From an uncultured delta proteobacterium (GTDB taxonomy: Bacteria > Myxococcota > Kuafuiibacteriia > Kuafuiibacteriales > Kuafuiibacteriaceae): DNA of 64,000 nt. Position numbers and translations under genes: made by a program. The DNA lies in assembly GCA_963803435.1 (NCBI GenBank), contig CAWDML010000001.1, positions 1,888,001-1,952,000 of the forward strand. The letters run 5' to 3'. Below, piece by piece: positions 9,822-19,824 of this stretch (positions are counted from its first letter, which is position 1; each line of letters starts with the position of its first letter). The notes beneath the pieces were generated by a model, which saw nothing but the letters and a program-made list of their open reading frames with translations, was not told the DNA's origin and made no database searches.

Positions 9822-12128
9822 ATGACGAAGCGCCGCCCCCGCCTCGCCGTGCTCTTGCTCCTCGCCTCCGGGTGCTCCGCGCCACCCGGAGGGTCCCCGC
9901 GCTCGCCCCTGTCCCCGGTGCCCTACGAGGTCCGACCGACCGCACCCGAGGCGGATCCGGCCCGACTCGAGCCGTCCGGCTGTACGATCGCCGCCGGCTA
10001 TCCCGCGCTGGGCGCCTACCTCGACGGCGATCGACTCGTCGTGCGCGCCCGCTCGACGCGCGCGACCCGGATCGAGGTCGAGCTGTATCGAGGCGCGCTG
10101 GACGAGCCGCCCGTGCTGCGGCGCGCCCTCCAGCGCGAGGGCGACGAGATCTTCTCGCAGTCCCTTCTCCTCGCCGAGATCCCCGGAGACGGCACGCTCT
10201 TCTACGGGCTGCGCGCCTTCGGGCCCAACTGGCCCTACGATCCCGCCTGGCAACCGGGCTCCATGGCCGGATTCGTGGCGCACGTCGACGACCGAGGCAA
10301 CCGCTTCAACCCCAACAAGTTGCTCCTCGATCCGTACGCCCTGGAGATGACCCACGATCCCCTCGGCCCACGGCTCCGCGACGGATCGATCTTCCGCTCC
10401 GGCCCCGACGCCGCGCGCGACTCGGGCCCCGTCGCGCCCAAGGGGATCGTGCTGGCGCGCCCGCCGCGCGCCTGTCACGAGAAGCCCGACCGGAGCTTCG
10501 CCGACGGGATCATCTACGAGGTCCACGTCCGCGGCCTCACGATGAACGATCCCTCCGTGCCGGAGGCCTGGCGCGGCACGTTCCGCGGTGCCGCGGAGAA
10601 GGCCGCCTATCTGGCCGAGCTGGGCGTCACCGCGATCGAGCTGATGCCGATCCAGGAGACGCAGAACGATCAGAACGATCTCGAAAACGGCACCAACGGC
10701 GACAACTACTGGGGCTACAGCTCGCTCAGCTTCTTCGCCCCGGATCGGCGCTACGCGTTCGACAAGAGCCCGGGAGGTCCCACGCGCGAGCTGCAGGAGA
10801 TGGTGCGCGCCTTTCACGCGGCGGACATCGAGGTGTATCTCGACGTCGTCTTCAACCACACCGGCGAAGGCGGCGGGGACGGTGATACGGCCTCGATCCT
10901 CTCGTTCCGCGGCCTGGACAACGCCGGCTACTACCTGCTCGCCGACGACGCTAGGCGGTACGCCGGCTACAACGGCGTGGGCCCGGACGTGGCCGGCGCG
11001 CACCCGATCGCGCGCGACCTGATCCTCGACGCGCTCAGGTATCTCACCGACGTGATCGGCGTCGACGGCTTCCGCTTCGATCTGGCGGCCGTTCTCGGCA
11101 ACGGCTGCGACCGGGCCTGCTTCCGCTGGGACGCCACCAATCCGCAAGGCATCCTGCGGCGGGCGGCCGAGGAGCTCCCCGGCACCGATCTCATCGCGGA
11201 GCCGTGGGGCATCGGCGGCGGGAGCTACCAGCAAGGCAACTTCCCCGCGGGGTGGGCCGAATGGGACGGCCGCTTCAAGGACACGGTGCGGTCGGCTCAG
11301 AACCAGCTCGGCGTCGCCCCGGTGACGCCGCGCGAGCTCGGCCGGCGGCTGCTCGGGTCGAGCGATCTCTTCGGCGATGACGGACGTTCGCCCGCCGCCG
11401 CGGTCAACTACCTCGACTCTCACGACGGCTTCACGCTGGCGGATCTGTACCGGTACGACGACAAGCAGAACGATCAACCCTGGCCGAACGGTCCCTCTCA
11501 GGGCGGCGACGACTACAACCGCTCTTGGGATCAGGGCGGCGATCCGTCGCGGCAGCGTCAGGCTGCCCGCACCGGTCTGGCGCTGCTCGCCCTGTCCGCG
11601 GGCGTCCCGATGATCGTGGGCGGCGACGAGATGCTGCGGACCCAGTACGGCAACAACAACCCGTACAACCTCGACAGCCCCACCACCTGGCTCGACTGGT
11701 CTCTCGCCGACACGAACGCCCGGTTCCTCACCTTCGCGCGGGCGCTGTTCCAGTTCCGGCGCGACCACCCGATGCTTCGCTCGCGGCGCTTCCCGGTGGC
11801 AGCGCAGCTCTTCACGGACGCGGGCGCTCCGGCCAGCGACGCCTACCTCGACGATCCGACGCGCCACTACCTCGCGGTCTGCTTCTCCGGCGGTGGTCCG
11901 GAGGAGCCCGCCGCCTCGATCTACGTGGCGTACAACGGCTGGTCCGAGACCCTCGCGGTGACCCTGCCCGCTCCCGAGCCCGGGATGCGCTGGCGCCGCG
12001 TCGGCGACACTGCGGCCTGGATGGAGCCCGACGACAACCTCAATCCCGCGGGCCGGGCCTACGTCACCGACGGCAGGCGCTACGATCTCGTCGGCCGCTC
12101 GCTGGTGTGGTTCGTCGAAGAACCCTGA
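9822..12128 (+). CDS. isoamylase / glycogen debranching enzyme (GH13), lipoprotein
   Basis: Lipobox LASGC; YEVHVRG, NYWGY, DVVFNHT, DGFRFDLA, AEPW, HDGFTLAD. Confidence 0.92.
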   Translation: MTKRRPRLAVLLLLASGCSAPPGGSPRSPLSPVPYEVRPTAPEADPARLEPSGCTIAAGYPALGAYLDGDRLVVRARSTRATRIEVELYRGALDEPPVLRRALQREGDEIFSQSLLLAEIPGDGTLFYGLRAFGPNWPYDPAWQPGSMAGFVAHVDDRGNRFNPNKLLLDPYALEMTHDPLGPRLRDGSIFRSGPDAARDSGPVAPKGIVLARPPRACHEKPDRSFADGIIYEVHVRGLTMNDPSVPEAWRGTFRGAAEKAAYLAELGVTAIELMPIQETQNDQNDLENGTNGDNYWGYSSLSFFAPDRRYAFDKSPGGPTRELQEMVRAFHAADIEVYLDVVFNHTGEGGGDGDTASILSFRGLDNAGYYLLADDARRYAGYNGVGPDVAGAHPIARDLILDALRYLTDVIGVDGFRFDLAAVLGNGCDRACFRWDATNPQGILRRAAEELPGTDLIAEPWGIGGGSYQQGNFPAGWAEWDGRFKDTVRSAQNQLGVAPVTPRELGRRLLGSSDLFGDDGRSPAAAVNYLDSHDGFTLADLYRYDDKQNDQPWPNGPSQGGDDYNRSWDQGGDPSRQRQAARTGLALLALSAGVPMIVGGDEMLRTQYGNNNPYNLDSPTTWLDWSLADTNARFLTFARALFQFRRDHPMLRSRRFPVAAQLFTDAGAPASDAYLDDPTRHYLAVCFSGGGPEEPAASIYVAYNGWSETLAVTLPAPEPGMRWRRVGDTAAWMEPDDNLNPAGRAYVTDGRRYDLVGRSLVWFVEEP

Positions 12129-12193
12129 GCTCGAGTCTACATCGGTCGGCGGAAGGAGCGCGGCGCGCCCGCCTCCTGCGTTACGCCAGAGGA

Positions 12194-13130
12194 GTGGGAC
12201 GGCGCGGCGAGGAAGCGATCGACGTCTTCGGCGAGGCGCGCCCCGGCCGCACGCCGGCGGCCCGAGCGGTTACGTTCGCCGAGGCCACCACGCCAATCGA
12301 CGCGCCCGGACCGCCGATGGGGATCCGCCTCCTCGCCCTGGCGTCGACCGAGACCTCGCTCTGGACGAGCCCCGTCGGGAGCGTGCTGCTCTCGATGCAG
12401 CAGCGGGTGGTCGAGGTCGCCGCCGCCGGGCGGCCACTCCTGCTCGATCCGTCGAGCTGGCTGGTGCTCCCCGCCGGGGCCCGGGTCTCGGCGAGCGCGC
12501 GCGGCGCCGCGGCCAGCCTGCTGGTGCTCTCGGTGCACCCCGAGCTGGTGGAGCAAGCGGTCGAGATCTATGCGCCCGCGATCGAGGCGACGCGCCTCGA
12601 GGCCGCGCTCGCCGAACCCCATCTGTTGCCTCGCACCACCTGGGTGCACGAGAATCTGCCACCGGTACCTCTTCGAGCGAGCGGTCTGCCGGAAGCACGA
12701 GAGCCTGGCGGCGCGCTTCCTCGAGCTCGAGATCGTGAAGGAGGTCTACTTCCACTGCCGGGACCGCGACGCGGAGCTCGAGCGCGACTCGCGCGTTCAC
12801 AGCCGGCCGCCGATGGTCGAGCGGGCAATCGCACGCATCGAGGCGGGCCTGTTCGAGCCGATGTCGATGCCCGCGCTCGCCGAGGCCTGCGGGACCAGCA
12901 CGTCCACGCTCCTGCGCGCGTTCAAGCGCGCGCTCGGGACCTCGCCCTCGGCCTATCACCGCCAGCGACGGCTCGAGGAGTCGATGATGCTGCTCAAGTC
13001 GAAGCGCTACTCGGTCAGCGAGGTGGCGGCGATGGTCGGCTACGACAACATCGCGTCCTTCTCCCACGCGTTTCGCCGCGAGTTCGATCGGAGCCCCTCC
13101 GAGGTCCGCGACCACGACCTCGCGCGCTGA
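12194..13130 (+). CDS. AraC family transcriptional regulator (frameshift near 12653)
   Basis: C-terminal LAEACGTSTSTLLRAFK...SVSEVAAMVGYDNIASFSHAFRREF; N-terminal half in the adjacent frame, joined by removing one A in GAGAATC. Confidence 0.85.
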
Positions 13131-13136
13131 GCCCCC

Positions 13137-15248
13137 TCAGAAGACGACCAGGCCCAGGTCGCCCGACGTCTTGAGGCCGAGCGTGGTGTCGTAGGCGACG
13201 CCGGCCTGCCGATCCGCGCCCGGCTCGAGCCGGTGGAGCACGTACGCCTCCAAGCCAGCGGTCACCGCCAGCACCGACGTGATCGGAAGGTCGACGTCGA
13301 GGCGACCGCGCAGCGCGTTGTCGCGGACCACGCCGGTCAGCTCGAGCGCGTGATCGATCCGCAGCGTGACCAGCGCCGGTGCGCCGTTGTCGGTGGGAAA
13401 ATCGAGGCGCAGCATCTCCAGCGTGGTCAGCAGCGCGAGCTTCGTCTGTGCCACCTCCGCCTCCGACGGATCCGGCGAGTCGCTCCTCGCCAGCAGCTCG
13501 CGCCGAACGCCGAGCTGGACGCGCAGGCTGATCCGATCCGTCAGGGGCCACGAGGGCCCCGCGCCGCCCGTGAGCAACGCCCGCCGGAAGCTGCGCTCGT
13601 CCGGCTTGGTCAGCTCGGTCTCGATCCCGACCGCAGCGCTCGCATCCGGGATCCAGAACGCGTGGCCGCGGGCGGCGAAGCGGCCCAGGTAGCTGAGCTC
13701 GCCGATGGTCAGATCGTCATTCTCGAGCGCCCGGTCCGTCCCGTCCTTCGCGATGCCGTAGCGGCTCCGTCCGAGCAGCTCCACCTTGTGGCGCTCGAAG
13801 TCGGCGTAGAGGCGAAGCTCCGCGAGCGCGCCCACGCCCAGGAACGCGTTCCTCGCCAGCTGGGGCTCCGCGTAGCGCGCGTTGTTCTGCACCGTCACCG
13901 TCTTCACGTTGCCGGCGATGGTCAGCGTCGCTCCCAGCAGCGCGGGAGGCTCCGAGACGATCGAGGCGCCGTGCTCCGCGAGGTGCTGGACCACGCGCTC
14001 GCGGAGCGTGCCGCCGTCGAGCGGCGCGAAGCCGAGGCCCGCCGGCAGCAGCGCGTCGCCACCCATCGCGACGAAGTCGACCGTCACCACCCGATAGCGA
14101 CGCGTGGGATCGACGTCGCGGCCGACCACCTTCTTGGCGTCCAGGCCCAGAACCGCCGCAGCCTCGTTCGAGAGCAGCGGGACCAGCTTCGCGAGATCGC
14201 TCCCGCGGATGAACGTGGTCTTCAGGCCGTCGTCCACACGGATCGCCCGCATCAAGGCCAACCGGGTCACCGCGTCGTGCAGCGGAAAGCTGCCGCCGAA
14301 GGCACCGGTGTTGACGATCGCGATCTCCGCCTGCGCATCGCGGCGCATCACCTCGAGGACGTACTGGATGAACGCGTCCCGCTCGAGCGGGGCGTCGAGG
14401 GGCGCCAGGCGCTGGCCGAGCTCGCTGCAGTTCGATCGGCGCAGCGCTTCCAGGCGGGCGTCGGCCTGCGGGGCGGGAGCGCTGCGCTCGATCGCGACCA
14501 CGCGCGGGCCGCCCGCAGTCAGCGCCACCTCGACGATCGCAGCCCCCTGGCCCGGCGCGGGCACCACCGAGAGGTCGCCGACCGACAGCGACCGCACGTC
14601 CCCGGCCATTCCGCTGGTGAACAGCAGGTCCGGGCGATCCGCGCCCAGCGCCTCGACGAGCCGCACCACCTCGGTCGTCCCGCGCTTCGGCGTCACGTGG
14701 ACGAGCGCCACGACGATGCGCGCGCCGGCCTCCCGCAACCTCCGGATCGAAGCGACCAGCGCCGGCGCCGCCTCGACGCGCTGCTCGTCGTGCGTGAGAT
14801 GGGACAGATGAACGCCGAGGTCGTCGTGGATGGCGCCGGTGATCCCGATCTTCACGCCTGCGCGCTCGATCATCCGCTCCGGAAGCGTGGGAAAGCGGGG
14901 AGAGAGATTCGTGATGATCCAGGGCAGGCGCGCCTCGTTCGTGAGCGCACCGAGGACGTCGCGATCGATCGACAGCTCGAAGTTGCCCGGAAGGATCGCG
15001 TCGAGCGATCCTGCGAGCACCTCGCTCAGCGCCCGCCGGCCGGCGGCGCCCTGCTCCACGGCGAACCTCGCCTCCGGTCCGGGACCCAGGAGATCGCCCG
15101 CGGACAGCATCACGGCGTCGGACGACGGCGGAGCTGCCAGCATCGGCTCGATCGTCTCGCGATCGCACTCGCCTCGATACAGGCGTCCTTGCAGATCGGC
15201 TTGCAGGACGAAGGGAACGATCAACGCCGCGGTCGAGGTGGCGATCAA
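13137..15248 (-). CDS. 5'-nucleotidase-like (metallophosphoesterase + C-domain) protein fused to a C-terminal beta-barrel
   Basis: SAGD, PGNFE, LPWIITN, KIGITG, AEIAIVNTGAF, YRVVTVDFVAMGGD; last ~270 aa are amphipathic strands ending in Phe. Confidence 0.75.
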   Translation of the reverse strand: MIATSTAALIVPFVLQADLQGRLYRGECDRETIEPMLAAPPSSDAVMLSAGDLLGPGPEARFAVEQGAAGRRALSEVLAGSLDAILPGNFELSIDRDVLGALTNEARLPWIITNLSPRFPTLPERMIERAGVKIGITGAIHDDLGVHLSHLTHDEQRVEAAPALVASIRRLREAGARIVVALVHVTPKRGTTEVVRLVEALGADRPDLLFTSGMAGDVRSLSVGDLSVVPAPGQGAAIVEVALTAGGPRVVAIERSAPAPQADARLEALRRSNCSELGQRLAPLDAPLERDAFIQYVLEVMRRDAQAEIAIVNTGAFGGSFPLHDAVTRLALMRAIRVDDGLKTTFIRGSDLAKLVPLLSNEAAAVLGLDAKKVVGRDVDPTRRYRVVTVDFVAMGGDALLPAGLGFAPLDGGTLRERVVQHLAEHGASIVSEPPALLGATLTIAGNVKTVTVQNNARYAEPQLARNAFLGVGALAELRLYADFERHKVELLGRSRYGIAKDGTDRALENDDLTIGELSYLGRFAARGHAFWIPDASAAVGIETELTKPDERSFRRALLTGGAGPSWPLTDRISLRVQLGVRRELLARSDSPDPSEAEVAQTKLALLTTLEMLRLDFPTDNGAPALVTLRIDHALELTGVVRDNALRGRLDVDLPITSVLAVTAGLEAYVLHRLEPGADRQAGVAYDTTLGLKTSGDLGLVVF

Positions 15249-15260
15249 GCTTGGAGCTTC

Positions 15261-15776
15261 TTACCGAACGATCGACTCGGTGTCAGTCTCTGTCTTGATC
15301 GCACGTGGAGAGAATCGGCCGGTGTCGGGCCACGCCATCGTCTGCTCGGCCCCATACTCGCCGCACGCGTTGTTCCGAGATCGAAGCGCAGCCGGAATCC
15401 GAGCGCCGTCGAAGCCGCACTGCGCGGAGTCGATCAGGCCCTCGACGCTCTCTGCCGATGCGCCGATCCACTGCGTCACGTGAGGCTACGTGAGCAACAT
15501 CCACTTGAAGCTTTTGCCGACACGCTGGGGATTCTCGCGTGCGATCGCGGTGATGTCCTCTACGTCCTCGATGACGTCGAGATGCGCGCCCGCCTGGTAG
15601 GCGTCGTCGGTCTCTCCGTTGAGGTACTCGATCGTGAGGAGACCTCGATGCGCGGCGCGAACGATCGCGGGACCGTGGGCGGTGCGAAACCACAAGCCGA
15701 TTCGAGGGTCGCGGTGGACCATGCACGGAGCGTATTCGCCCGAGGGGCTGGAGGCTACTACGGCCGCCCCTGACAC
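15261..15776 (-). pseudogene. possible degraded hypothetical gene interrupted by in-frame TAG
   Basis: ORFs 15486-15776 and 15261-15479 share a frame, separated only by TAG at 15486-15488. Confidence 0.25.
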
Positions 15777-15854
15777 GTGTTACGCCGGAACCGCCGGAGC
15801 CACGGCCGCACTTGATCGCTACGCCGTTGGGGTCGGCCGGGGTAGGATGGATCG

Positions 15855-16298
15855 ATGGAGCTCAGCGAACGTATCCAGTTCTGGACGGACCTGGCCGACG
15901 GCCGAACGCCGCTTCGCGACCTGCTCGGTCTGTCGGAAGACGGTGTCCAGCAAGCGGTGAGCCTGGCGCGCACGGCGTTCGAGAGCGGCCGCTTCGATCA
16001 CGCGAGCGCAATCTTCCGGGGCCTGGAGGCGCTCGAGCCCGATCATCCCGAGCACGCGCTCCATCGAGGCTATGCGGAGCTCAAGGCCGGGCGAGTCGAG
16101 GTGGCTCGCGCCTGCGTCGATCGCTTCCTCGCTCACCCAGCGGTCGGCCCTGCCGAACGGGTCCGCGGCCTCATGTTTCGGGCCTCGCTGGTGGCGGGCC
16201 AGGATCGCGAGACCGCCCGGCTCGACCTCGAAGAAGCGCACCGGCTGGGCCAGCAGGACGAGGCGGCGATGCAGGTGCTCGAAGGAGCGGGACGATGA
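15855..16298 (+). CDS. SycD/LcrH-like TPR chaperone
   Basis: GRTPLRDLLGLSEDGVQQAVSLARTAFESGRFDHASAIFRGLEALEP resembles class II T3SS chaperone N-termini; ~150 aa. Confidence 0.6.
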   Translation: MELSERIQFWTDLADGRTPLRDLLGLSEDGVQQAVSLARTAFESGRFDHASAIFRGLEALEPDHPEHALHRGYAELKAGRVEVARACVDRFLAHPAVGPAERVRGLMFRASLVAGQDRETARLDLEEAHRLGQQDEAAMQVLEGAGR

Positions 16299-18193
16299 GC
16301 CTCAAGGGACCCGATCCGCTGAAGAGCCCGCTGGTCGGCGGCGGCCAGGCCGATCTCACGGGCACGGTGTCGAACGCGCTGGCAGAACGGGCCCAGGCGC
16401 TGGCGCAGCTGCGGCCGGTCTCGGATGAGGCCGCGCGACAGTTCGCCGACACCATCCTTCCGGCCATCAGGGCCGACCAGACCGACGGCCTCTTCGGCGC
16501 GGCCTTTTTGGTCCCGCCCTTCGGCTGGATCGATCGAATGCACGGGCGCTCGAAGCGGGGCGCCCTCCCGGGCAAATCGACGGCCAATCAGCTCACCACC
16601 GGCTTCAAGCAGCTCTACGCCCAGGCGAGCCACCAGCTCCACCGGGCGCTCGAGCGCCTCCAGGATCGAAGCGCCGGCGTAGATGGCGTCCTCATCAAGG
16701 AGCAAGAGCTCGTGCCGATCCAGAAGGCACTGGTGCGGATCGACGAGGTCCTCCAGCTGAAGGACCGCCTCACGATGCTCGGCCAGCGATCCGAGATCAA
16801 CCAAGCGCTGCGCGAGCTCGAGGGGCTGGCGAAGGACGTCCGCGCGTCCCTGGCTCCGCTCGTCCAGGCCGTGGAGGTCCGCGATCGGCTGGCGCTCGGC
16901 GACAAGATGAAGCATCTCGGCCAGGAGGACGATCACCCGCCCGTGGATCTGGCGGCCCTCCGGCGGGCGAACACGGCGCCGGCGGCGTTCGAGCGCTACC
17001 AGCCGGGGGACGTCCTGATCATCGGCCTCGACGAGCACAAGCGCCCGATATTCGGAGCCATGCTGGACGCGGTCGAGACGAAGGACGGTCCGGTCGCCCG
17101 CGTTCTGACCCTGGTCGGCGATCAGATCGAGATGCGGTTCGTCCCGAAGGCGCGCGTCGAGGAGCTCAACGCGTTCAAGCTCAACGACAACTACGAGGTC
17201 GACGGCGCTCGCTTTTGGGTTGCGCCCGATCGAGAGAAGGGCGTTCGATTGGTGCGCTTCGATCCAGCGCAGCCCGGTAGAGCTCCCGTCGAGATCGCGC
17301 CCGGGGAGCTGGCGCAGAAGCTCGGGGCTCCCTTGGCGGTACCCGATGCCACGCAGGCGACCGCCCCCACGCCCACCGTCATCCAGGCGGTCCACGGCCA
17401 CGAGACACCGAAGATCATGCTGACGTCCAACGAGGTCTTCGACGGCGCGGCCTGGTCCACGGGACACCAAGGCAGGAACGACGACGCCCTTCGGGTGGGC
17501 AAGGTGGGCGGCGCCTTCGCGGCGCTGATCGCGGATCAGGTGGGCGCGTCGGAGCGCCCGGCCGAGGTGAGCACGGCGATCATCGACGGCATCTGGGGTC
17601 AGATGGAGCACAATCAGGTCGGCGGCCCCGGCGAGCTCATGGAGCGAGGCGCACGCGCGGGCGCGCGGGCTCTCTCCGCCGGCCTCGACGCCACCACCTC
17701 CCTCACCGCAGCGATGTTCGAGCCTACCAAGGAGGGCACCCAGCTGGAGGTCGGGCACGCCGGCAACACGCAGCTGATGGTGATCCGCAGGGGCTCGGTG
17801 CTGTTCAAGAGCGAGCCGCACGTGACGAACACGGGGGTCACGGCCAGCGTGCAGGACGCCAACAATCCCCGACGAACGATCGGGCGCTCGAGCGCACCAG
17901 AGCCGCTGTTCGAGCACCACACCGTCGAGCTGCAGCCGGGCGACGTCGTCCTCATGTTCACGAACGGCGTCCGCAACATGAACCTCCTGGAGCAGTCGCA
18001 TCACGCGGACGAGATGGCCCAGCCCCACACGGAGTTCACGCCCTTTCAGCTCGCGGAGGAGATCCGAGGCAAGGCAACGCCCTCCGAGATGGTGGCCGCG
18101 ATTCGAGATCTGGCCACCGCCCGCGCCCGGTCGGGCTCCGGCAAGCCCGCCGATCTCAGCATCGTCGCGCTGACGATCAAGGGCTCCGATTAG
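16295..18193 (+). CDS. multidomain protein with C-terminal degenerate PP2C/SpoIIE-like domain
   Basis: ATGA overlap with chaperone; coiled-coil N-terminus; NDDA, IADQVG, TTSLT, HAGNT, LQPGDVVLMFTNGV, ADLSIV follow PP2C motif order. Confidence 0.65.
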   Translation: MSLKGPDPLKSPLVGGGQADLTGTVSNALAERAQALAQLRPVSDEAARQFADTILPAIRADQTDGLFGAAFLVPPFGWIDRMHGRSKRGALPGKSTANQLTTGFKQLYAQASHQLHRALERLQDRSAGVDGVLIKEQELVPIQKALVRIDEVLQLKDRLTMLGQRSEINQALRELEGLAKDVRASLAPLVQAVEVRDRLALGDKMKHLGQEDDHPPVDLAALRRANTAPAAFERYQPGDVLIIGLDEHKRPIFGAMLDAVETKDGPVARVLTLVGDQIEMRFVPKARVEELNAFKLNDNYEVDGARFWVAPDREKGVRLVRFDPAQPGRAPVEIAPGELAQKLGAPLAVPDATQATAPTPTVIQAVHGHETPKIMLTSNEVFDGAAWSTGHQGRNDDALRVGKVGGAFAALIADQVGASERPAEVSTAIIDGIWGQMEHNQVGGPGELMERGARAGARALSAGLDATTSLTAAMFEPTKEGTQLEVGHAGNTQLMVIRRGSVLFKSEPHVTNTGVTASVQDANNPRRTIGRSSAPEPLFEHHTVELQPGDVVLMFTNGVRNMNLLEQSHHADEMAQPHTEFTPFQLAEEIRGKATPSEMVAAIRDLATARARSGSGKPADLSIVALTIKGSD

Positions 18194-19824
18194 GGGGACT
18201 CGGCGCCAGCACCGTCCAGATCGGGACGCCGTCGATCACCTTCTCCTCCTTCACGATCCATCCGCGATGGCGGAACAGATCGTCCCCGTACCGCGCGAAG
18301 CGGCGCTCGTGCGTGAGGACGATCCACTGGGCCTGAGCCTCGCTCTGCACCACGTGGAGGTCGGGGCGGACACGGCCGTCCTTCTGGTACCAGCGGAACG
18401 TCCGCACGTACTCCCAGTTGTTGGGCAGGAAATGGATCCGCGCGTTCTTGGGCGCGTTCTCGTCGAGCCAGGCGACCAGGTCTCGGAAAGCGACGTCGTA
18501 GTACTGGCGCTCGAACCCGAGCGCGGTGGCGCCGCGGAGTCCTCCGGTGAGGCCGTTGTACTCCGACAGCGCGTAGCTGCCGAAGCGGAGCTGGAGCGCG
18601 AGGGACGAGGTGAGCGCCAGACCGATCGTACCAGCCGGGTACCACTTGTTGCCGAGGCGATCCTCGGCCCACTCGAAGAGGCGGACCGCGCCGAAGCCCG
18701 CCAGCAGGCACCAGAAGGGGAAGAAGGGCATGAACAGCTTGGCGCCGCCGTACTTGGGGCCGCCCGACAGCGCCACCAGCAGGATCGAATCCGGCGGCGT
18801 GAAGGCCGGCGGTGAGCAGGAGATCGCCCTGGCGGCGGAAGTCGTCGTCGGGCCCCTCGGGGAAGCGGAGGCGCACGCGCACGATGGGCCAGGCGAACGC
18901 GAGGCCGAAGAGCGCGAGGACCGAGGTCGCGACCGGCGTGGTGATCGCCGCCATGACGAAGGGCGCGTGCCAGGGCGCGAACGGATCCTTGGAGAAGATG
19001 CGGCCGAAGTAGAGAAAGTAGATCCCGTAGTGGTTGAGGTGGAAGCTCGCGTAGTCGGTCACGCGCTGCGCGGTGTCGACCCAGAGCCATGGCCAGACCG
19101 CAACGAAGACGAGCGGTCCGATCATCAGCATCGACAGCAGCGCCAGCGGGAGGCCGGGCACCTGGAAGCTCCCGGGGCGGCGCGTGCGGCTGCGGCGGAC
19201 CAGCAGCACGAAGATCGCGTAGGGAAGCAGCAGGAAGGGTGCGTTCAGCTTCGTCGCCGAGGCCAGCCCGAACACCGGACCCGCCAGCAGCGCGGCGGTG
19301 GTCGAGCGCTCACCCCTGAGCGCCAGGGCGGCGGCCGCCAGGTACATCGCGGCCACCGGGACGTCGAGCGTCGCCGCGTGCGAGTGGAAGTAGAAGCGGG
19401 GCAACATCGCCAGGAACGCTGTCGAGAGGCCGCCGATCAGGAGCCCACGCCGCCGGCCGAGGTGCGCCACGGCCAGCCACAGCAGGAGCGCCGCTGCCAG
19501 CGTCGAGAAGAGCACCGTACCCACGCGACCACCGTCGTACGGTCCGAACACCCGCCCGAACACGGCCTCGCAGATCCCGAAGACGTACTTCGCAAACGGT
19601 GGGTGCTCGTGATTGATCCCGAACGCGCTGTCGATCGCCGGCTTGGTGAACGCACCCCCGTCGAGCCGCACGGCGCGACCGAGCCAGGCCGCGTAGGACA
19701 TCCCGGCCGGCAGATAGAAGTCGTCGTCGTCGGTCAGCCCCTCCGCGCGCAGGCCGGCGAGCTGCACCACCAGGTAGAGCACGACGATCGCGCCTGCGAT
19801 CCAGAGTGTGCGCCGTCTGGTCAC
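18177..19824 (-). CDS. GT-C fold glycosyltransferase (GT39/ArnT-like), frameshift near 18790
   Basis: LTDDDDFY, NHEHPPFAK, ATLDVP, ATKLNA, many TM helices; C-terminal part in adjacent frame. Confidence 0.85.

Noticed and set aside
15486-15488. Pyrrolysine recoding at the in-frame TAG
   Set aside because: No pyl genes in the window, and TAG is used as a normal stop by several genes here.
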